Positions 50,399 to 56,164 of a DNA stretch of 56,164 nucleotides are shown piece after piece. Position 1 is the stretch's first letter. Every line of letters begins with the position of its first letter. The stretch lies in NCBI GenBank assembly GCA_013152275.1, contig JAADGS010000058.1, forward strand, positions 1-56,164, read 5' to 3'. The position numbers and the translations under genes were made by a program. A model generated the notes under the pieces. That model did not search any database and was not told where the DNA came from. It saw only the letters and a program-made list of their open reading frames with translations. Source of the stretch: Actinomycetota bacterium (lineage in GTDB: Bacteria > Actinomycetota > Acidimicrobiia > Spongiisociales > UBA4744).

Positions 50399-51397
50399 GT
50401 GCCTTCGGTGACCGTCGACAACCTGAGCAAGACGTTCAAGGTGCCGGTGCGCGAGGAAGGGTTCCTCAACTCGCTCCATTCACTGTTCCGTCGTGAGTAC
50501 CGCCAGGTCGAGGCGGTCCGGTCGGTGACGTTCGACCTCGAACGAGGCGAGGTCGTCGGCTTCCTGGGACCCAACGGTGCCGGGAAGACGACCACGTTGA
50601 AAATGCTGTCGGGACTCCTCTACCCGACCGCCGGCCACGCCCACGTGATCGGCTTCGACCCGTCCCGACGCGACCCCGAATTCCTCACCCAGGTGGCACT
50701 CATCATGGGGAACCGCAACTCCCTCCAGTGGGACCTTCCGGTGGCCGACTCCCTCGACGTCCGCAAGGCCATCTACCGGATCCCGACCGCCGACTACCGC
50801 CATCGGCGGGAGCGGTTCACCGAGCTGCTGGACGTCGGCGACCTCCTCACCAAACCGGTCCGCAATCTCTCCCTGGGCGAGCGGATGAAGGTGGAGATTC
50901 TCGCCGCCCTCCTGCCCGCCCCATCCGTGCTCTTCCTCGACGAACCCACCCTAGGCCTCGACCTTGCCATGCAGAGGAGGATCCGCGAGTTCGTTGCCGA
51001 GTACGCCGCCGAGGAGGGGGCGAGCATCCTGCTCACCAGTCACTACATGGCCGACGTCACCGCCCTCTGCGAGCGGGTGATCGTCATCCACCGCGGCTCC
51101 CTGCTGTTCGACGGCGACCTCGCCGAACTCTCCCGACGGTTCGGCGCCGAGAAGACGATCACCGTGACCGTCGGCGGTGACCTGCCCGAGATGAGCGCCT
51201 ACGGAACCGTGCGCGAGACCTCCCCCGGCGAAGCCGTACTGTCGGTTCCTCGCTCCGAGGTGGCGTCGACGGCGGCCCGTCTCCTCGCCGACCTCGACGT
51301 GCTGGACCTCGCCATCGAGGAACCGCCCATCGAGGACGTGATCGAGCAGACCTTCGCCGCCGGCGATGCCGCCGCAAGCCGGCAGGAGGAGTCGTGA
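50399..51397 (+). CDS. ABC transporter ATP-binding protein
   Basis: GPNGAGKTT, LSLGERM, FLDEPT, TSHYM. Confidence 0.93.
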   Translation: MPSVTVDNLSKTFKVPVREEGFLNSLHSLFRREYRQVEAVRSVTFDLERGEVVGFLGPNGAGKTTTLKMLSGLLYPTAGHAHVIGFDPSRRDPEFLTQVALIMGNRNSLQWDLPVADSLDVRKAIYRIPTADYRHRRERFTELLDVGDLLTKPVRNLSLGERMKVEILAALLPAPSVLFLDEPTLGLDLAMQRRIREFVAEYAAEEGASILLTSHYMADVTALCERVIVIHRGSLLFDGDLAELSRRFGAEKTITVTVGGDLPEMSAYGTVRETSPGEAVLSVPRSEVASTAARLLADLDVLDLAIEEPPIEDVIEQTFAAGDAAASRQEES

Positions 51398-52194
51398 GGA
51401 ACCTCCTCCCTGTGTACGCGATCGAGGCGCGCCTCTCGATGCAGCGACAGTTACAGTACCGGGGCGCCGCGTTCGTGAGCATCCTCGGTTTCCTGGTCGA
51501 GCCGATCGTGTACCTCATCGTCTGGCGGACCGTCACCAGCCAAACCGGAGCGATCAACGGCTACGGCGTCACCGAGTTCACCTCCTACTACATCGTCTGG
51601 ACCCTTGTTCGCGTGTTCAACCTTGCCCTCGCCCCCGGGGCGTGGGACTGGTGGGTACGGTCCGGAAGAATCGCCAACGACCTCCTCCACCCGGTGGACC
51701 CCTACCACCGCAACCTGGCGGGCATGGCCGGGGCCAAGATCGTATGGATCGCCGCCTGGGTGCCGGTGGCGCTCTTCCTCGGTATCCTCTTCCACCCCAG
51801 CCTCTCACCCACCCCCCTGCAGATCGTCACCTTCTTCGCCGCCGCCTGGATCGGCTACGTCATCCGCTTCAACATCCTTTGGGTGTTGGGCCTCGTCAGC
51901 TTCTGGACCACTCGCGCCGAGGCGCTCGTGGAGGTGGTGATCGCCCTGGAGCTGCTGCTGTCCGGCCGACTCGTACCGATGGCGGTCATGCCCGAGTGGG
52001 TACAGCGGATCTCGGCGTGGATGCCCTTCAAGTGGACGTTCCAGTTCCCTATCGAGGTACTCATCGGGCAGGTCCCAACCGCCGAGATCTGGCGGGGACT
52101 GGGGATGCAACTGGTGTGGGTGGCCATAGGCGGCGCGGCGATCCTCCTCGTGTGGCGGCGGGCGCTGCGCCGATTCACAGCGGTGGGAACATGA
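51394..52194 (+). CDS. ABC-2 family permease (DUF990-like)
   Basis: Multi-TM, VRSGRIANDLLHPV, LSGRLVP; GTGA overlap. Confidence 0.87.
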   Translation: MRNLLPVYAIEARLSMQRQLQYRGAAFVSILGFLVEPIVYLIVWRTVTSQTGAINGYGVTEFTSYYIVWTLVRVFNLALAPGAWDWWVRSGRIANDLLHPVDPYHRNLAGMAGAKIVWIAAWVPVALFLGILFHPSLSPTPLQIVTFFAAAWIGYVIRFNILWVLGLVSFWTTRAEALVEVVIALELLLSGRLVPMAVMPEWVQRISAWMPFKWTFQFPIEVLIGQVPTAEIWRGLGMQLVWVAIGGAAILLVWRRALRRFTAVGT

Positions 52195-52988
52195 GCCGGC
52201 TGCGTCACTCCCTCCGGATCACACTGATTCACTGGCGCCTCGGCGTCCAGTACGAAGTGCAGTACCGGCTGAACTTCGCTCTTCAACTCGTCCGGTCGGC
52301 CGTTCGACTCGTCACCGGAGTGGTGGCCATCCAGATCGTGTTCAGCTACACGACGAGCCTGGACGGGTGGCAGGAACCGGAGCTGTTGGCGGTGCTCGGT
52401 GTCCACATTCTCCTGGGTGGCGTCATGGCGACCTTCGTCCTCCCGAACATGTACCGGTTCCGATACGAGGTGCACCAGGGTGAGCTCGACTACGCGCTGA
52501 TCCGCCCGGTGGACTCCCAGCTCTTCGTGTCGACGCGTCAGATCTCGTTCTGGAACACGGTGGATATCGCCGTCGGCGTGGTGGTGCTCTCCTGGGCGCT
52601 CACCGGGCTCACGGGGCGCATCGGGGTCGAACAGGTGCTCCTGTTCGCCATCGGCCTGCTGTGCGGCGCGGCGATCCTGTATGGGGTGTGGATGGCGTTC
52701 ACCACCACGGTCTTCTGGCTGATCGACCTACAGGACATGGACTCGATCATCACCGGGCTGTACGAAGCGGGACGCTGGCCGATCCGCATCTACCCGCTGT
52801 GGCTGCAAGGGACCTTGACGGCAGTGGTGCCCCTCGGCGTGGCGATCACCGTCCCCGCCGAGGCGCTCACCGGCCGGCTCACCCTATCGGCGATGGCCGT
52901 CCTGGTTGTCGTGGCCGTACTCGCCGTTGCGGGCAGCCGGGCCCTGTGGCTGTACGGAGTCCGCAACTACTCGGGTGCCTCCGCCTGA
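52191..52988 (+). CDS. ABC-2 family permease (DUF990-like)
   Basis: QGELDYALIRPVD, GRWPIRIYP, RNYSGASA; ATGA overlap. Confidence 0.87.
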   Translation: MSRLRHSLRITLIHWRLGVQYEVQYRLNFALQLVRSAVRLVTGVVAIQIVFSYTTSLDGWQEPELLAVLGVHILLGGVMATFVLPNMYRFRYEVHQGELDYALIRPVDSQLFVSTRQISFWNTVDIAVGVVVLSWALTGLTGRIGVEQVLLFAIGLLCGAAILYGVWMAFTTTVFWLIDLQDMDSIITGLYEAGRWPIRIYPLWLQGTLTAVVPLGVAITVPAEALTGRLTLSAMAVLVVVAVLAVAGSRALWLYGVRNYSGASA

Positions 52989-52994
52989 ACAATC

Positions 52995-53054
52995 CCGTTC
53001 CTGCGCGGGTTGGGGGACGCATGGCCAACCTACTCACATGAGAACGGAAACGGG
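52995..53054. repeat. REP-like unit right of the ABC operon
   Basis: Direct repeat of the 50258-50302 block. Confidence 0.85.
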
Positions 53055-53441
53055 ACCATTACCCCGACAGGACTGGACCCTTCCACCACGCTCGGATTGT
53101 CCTCATGCACGACGGGTCCGCCACATGCCAACCTGACTCGGCTCGGGTGTGCCACAGGAGTGGGCGCACTCGACCGCCGCCTCGGGACGTGTTCTGGGAC
53201 AGGCGCAACGCCTCCGTTCACCTCTTCGCTGCCCCGGTTACCACATGATTCCGACATTGTGCTGCCAAAACACATATACTGCACGTGGAGAGTGCTGATG
53301 GCCTCGCGAGAAGCCGGAGCCTAACCAGGGACGCGGTGCCTGACCACAGCCTCTCCGCCGTCACGGCAAGGGGCGGACGACCCGGACGTCGGTCCGGGTC
53401 GTCACGCGTCCCCGCTGAATGAAGCAACGGGCGTCGTTGCG

Positions 53442-53479
53442 TTCAATTGTATTGACTATTCATATTGATTGAATACGAT
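53442..53479 (+). promoter_or_regulatory. Promoter with putative autoregulatory palindromes
   Basis: TTGACT-N16-TACGAT, ATG 6 nt later; TCAATTGTATTGA and ATTCATATTGATTGAAT imperfect palindromes. Confidence 0.6.
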
Positions 53480-53485
53480 CCGCAT

Positions 53486-54049
53486 ATGGAAGACGTCTAC
53501 CTCATCAACGACCTCGAGACGTTGCGCACCATCGGGAACCCGACGCGCATGGCCATCCTCGAGTTGCTGTACCAACCCCGGTCGGTCACCGACATCGCCA
53601 GACGCCTCGGCGTGCCTCGAACGCGCCTCTATCACCACATCAACCTGCTCGAGGAGAAAGGGATCATCCGGGTGACCGAAACCCGCAAGGCCGGCCCGAT
53701 GACGGAACGTATCTACGAGGCAAGCGCGAAGTACTACCGCCCCGGCCCGGATCTCCTCGCCTCAGGAACGCTGCAGGAACGAGCCCAAGCAGTCGTTTCC
53801 ACGGTCCTCGACACGACCAGGGCAGACCTGTACCGCTCGATTCTGGACGGCGTCGTTTCGCTCGACCGCCGTGACACTCAACGCCATCTGAGCCTTGGAC
53901 GCGTCGTGGGCAGAATCTCCAAGGCACGGTTCGAGGAGTTCGTCACCCGCCTCGAAGACCTCTCTCGGGATTTCGAGGATGAAGACGGGGACGGCGAGCC
54001 GTTTGCCTTCACGTGGGTGCTCTACCCCACTGCACGAGATGTGTCTTGA
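53486..54049 (+). CDS. ArsR-like winged-helix regulator
   Basis: GNPTRMAILELL, SVTDIARRLG, LYHHINLLEEKGII, ERIYEA. Confidence 0.85.
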   Translation: MEDVYLINDLETLRTIGNPTRMAILELLYQPRSVTDIARRLGVPRTRLYHHINLLEEKGIIRVTETRKAGPMTERIYEASAKYYRPGPDLLASGTLQERAQAVVSTVLDTTRADLYRSILDGVVSLDRRDTQRHLSLGRVVGRISKARFEEFVTRLEDLSRDFEDEDGDGEPFAFTWVLYPTARDVS

Positions 54050-55317
54050 AGGCGTTCAAGGAGCTCCTTCGAACCCGCGACTTCCGGCTGCTGTGGAGCG
54101 GCCAGGTGGTCTCCAACTTCGGTGACGCTCTCACGAGTCTCGCACTCTTGCTGACCGCGGAACATCTCACAGGCTCCGTTGCCGCAGTAGCGACGACGGC
54201 GATCGCCATCGCCCTCCCCCAGCTGTTCTTCGGCCTGATCGCCGGCGTGTATGTCGATCGCTGGAACCGCAAGCATGTCATGGTCGTATCCGACATCATC
54301 CGGGGCGTGCTCGTTCTCGGCTTCCTGTTCGTGACGACGCCAGGGCACATGTGGCTGCTCTACGTCGTCGCCTTTGCCCAAGCGACGATCGGGACACTCT
54401 TCACACCTGCTCGCATGGCAATCCTGCCAGAGATCATTCCGGAGAAACACCTGCTGTCCGCCAACTCGATCGCCCAGTCGAGTCGGGTGATCTTCAACCT
54501 CCTCGGCACCGCGGCGGCAGGTCTCATCGCCGGCCTGGCCGGCAGCGTCACTCCGGCGTTCATCATCGACAGCGGCACGTTCCTGGTCTCCGCATTCCTG
54601 GTTTCTCATCTCGTGGCCGGCCCGGCGCCCGAACGTGCCGAACCATCCTCTCCCCTGTCGATGTGGAGCGAACTCACCGTCGGTCTGCGAGTGCTCGCAG
54701 ATTCGCGCGTGCTCAAGGGAGTGCTCATCGGCGGGGGGATCGTGATGTTCGGACTGGGGGCCGTCAACGTGCTCCTCGTGCCCTTTGTGGTCGGCATCCT
54801 CGAGGTTCCTGCAACATGGTTCGGTGCCCTCGAGGGCTCTCAGGTCACGTCGATGGTCCTGAGCGGAGCCCTCGTGGTGGTCCTCGCCACCAAGTTCCGC
54901 CCAACGAACCTGATCAGCGCGGGTCTCGCCGGGACAGGCCTGGTCGTCGCCTCGATGGCCCTCGCCGGAACCGTGTGGCACTTGATGCTTGCACTGTTTG
55001 CAGTGGGCTGGTTCGTGACCCCGTTGCAGGCTTCGATCGCGACGCTCTTCCAGTCCGAAGTCGAGGCCGAGAAGCGCGGTCGCGCAGGCAGTGCACTCAA
55101 CACCGTCATGACGGGCGCGCAAGTGGCATCCATGGCGCTCGCCGGAGCGTTCGCCGCCGCCGTCGGGGTCCGCGGCGTGTTCGTCGCGGCCGGCGCCATC
55201 GCCCTTCTCGCAAGTCTGGTCACCGTCCAACTCTTCCGGGGCATCCCCCTCGCCGCCATGGGCGCAGTCGAGATCGGCTCCCGTGCGTCGAGTGAGCCAG
55301 AGGGAACGCAATCGTGA
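54046..55317 (+). CDS. MFS transporter (DHA3-like)
   Basis: RDFRLLWSGQVVSNFGD, AGVYVDRWNRK; many TM segments; TTGA overlap. Confidence 0.9.
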   Translation: MKAFKELLRTRDFRLLWSGQVVSNFGDALTSLALLLTAEHLTGSVAAVATTAIAIALPQLFFGLIAGVYVDRWNRKHVMVVSDIIRGVLVLGFLFVTTPGHMWLLYVVAFAQATIGTLFTPARMAILPEIIPEKHLLSANSIAQSSRVIFNLLGTAAAGLIAGLAGSVTPAFIIDSGTFLVSAFLVSHLVAGPAPERAEPSSPLSMWSELTVGLRVLADSRVLKGVLIGGGIVMFGLGAVNVLLVPFVVGILEVPATWFGALEGSQVTSMVLSGALVVVLATKFRPTNLISAGLAGTGLVVASMALAGTVWHLMLALFAVGWFVTPLQASIATLFQSEVEAEKRGRAGSALNTVMTGAQVASMALAGAFAAAVGVRGVFVAAGAIALLASLVTVQLFRGIPLAAMGAVEIGSRASSEPEGTQS

Positions 55318-55587
55318 TGGAAACCGGATCCGAGAAGGTCGCCTGACTCTTTCATCCAGGCAACCACCGCATCGGGGGTCCGATCATGCCTGGCGCCGGC
55401 CGCGACGATCCCATGGCGACACGCTCAGCAACATCCAGGCAGTCTGAGGCGATCAACGCTCATACGGCTCACACGAGGCGAGGCTGTCTCGATGTGGCCA
55501 CGAGCAGAGCCGGGGCAGACCGACGCTCTCCCTTATGCCGGCCGGGGGCGCGTGGAATGGCGTAGCCGATACCCTGGGACGGTGGCC

Positions 55588-55986
55588 CTACATGTCTTCG
55601 GTCTGTTTGGTTGGCAGCCACAGGATGTAGGTGCTGATGGCGACCGCCAGGAGAACGAGACCGATCCGGACGCCGGTGTATTCGATCACCCACACGATCG
55701 AAACCGTGAATGTGAGCGCGATCGCGGTGATCGCGAGAGCCTTGGCCCGGACGCTGAACCCCCGTCCCGCCCGCCAGTCGCGAATCAGCGGGCCGAACAG
55801 ACGATGATCCACGAGCCACCTGTCGAAACGGTCGGAGGATCGAGCGAAGAAGAACCCCGCCAGGATGACAGGAAATGTGGTCGGAATCAGCGGCAGCACC
55901 ACTCCCACGACTCCGAGAGCGAGGAAGAACATGCCAAGCACCCGATAGACGATTCGGACAAGACGGCTGGGATGTACTTCGGCCAC
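55588..55986 (-). CDS. YbaN (DUF454) family membrane protein
   Basis: LGVVGVVLPLIPTTFPVILA, FARSS, HRLFGPLIRDW. Confidence 0.87.
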   Translation of the reverse strand: MAEVHPSRLVRIVYRVLGMFFLALGVVGVVLPLIPTTFPVILAGFFFARSSDRFDRWLVDHRLFGPLIRDWRAGRGFSVRAKALAITAIALTFTVSIVWVIEYTGVRIGLVLLAVAISTYILWLPTKQTEDM

Positions 55987-56164
55987 CGCCAAACCCTACC
56001 GGACGGTGGAGACCGACCCGATCCAGACCTCGAGTATGCGACCCTCGGCGTTTTCACTAGCCTCGCTGATCATGCCGGATCGTGATCGCGTTCATCGTAC
56101 GTGGCTGCATTCTCAGCGGCCCGTTCCGAGGATCTTCATTTCTCCTGTGCTGCGGTTCATGCAG

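Noticed and set aside
53055..53440. Possible ncRNA or small gene in an unexplained intergenic stretch
   Set aside because: No recognisable riboswitch or RNA motif and no convincing ORF; an Rfam and blastx search would be needed

Overview
High-GC actinobacterial chromosomal window; gene content and repeat style suggest Acidimicrobiia (inference). About 55 genes, mostly housekeeping or metabolic: tdh-kbl, trpB2, class II RNR nrdJ with tandem NrdR boxes, dps-fur, an ECF/anti-sigma cluster, a two-component system with a PepSY gene, an orphan DNA methyltransferase, ctpA, msrA, whiB, nucS-trmL, nnrE, and ABC-2, MATE and MFS transporters. I recognised no rRNA, tRNA, CRISPR array, transposase or integrase. 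Highlights: (1) a LexA-box-controlled two-gene module at 34.6-35.6 kb encoding a coiled-coil + Cys/His putative ART-like protein and an overlapping 53-aa Glu/Pro-rich 'MDIG' micropeptide absent from the ORF track; (2) an AhpD/CMD-like selenoprotein (CHYU) split by an in-frame UGA with an fdhF-like SECIS; (3) a candidate ECF promoter present twice; (4) several REP-like families, some supplying stop/start codons or bracketing an ABC cassette; (5) a decay zone at about 12.6-21.5 kb including a metG pseudogene. All calls are from motif recognition only; no searches were run.
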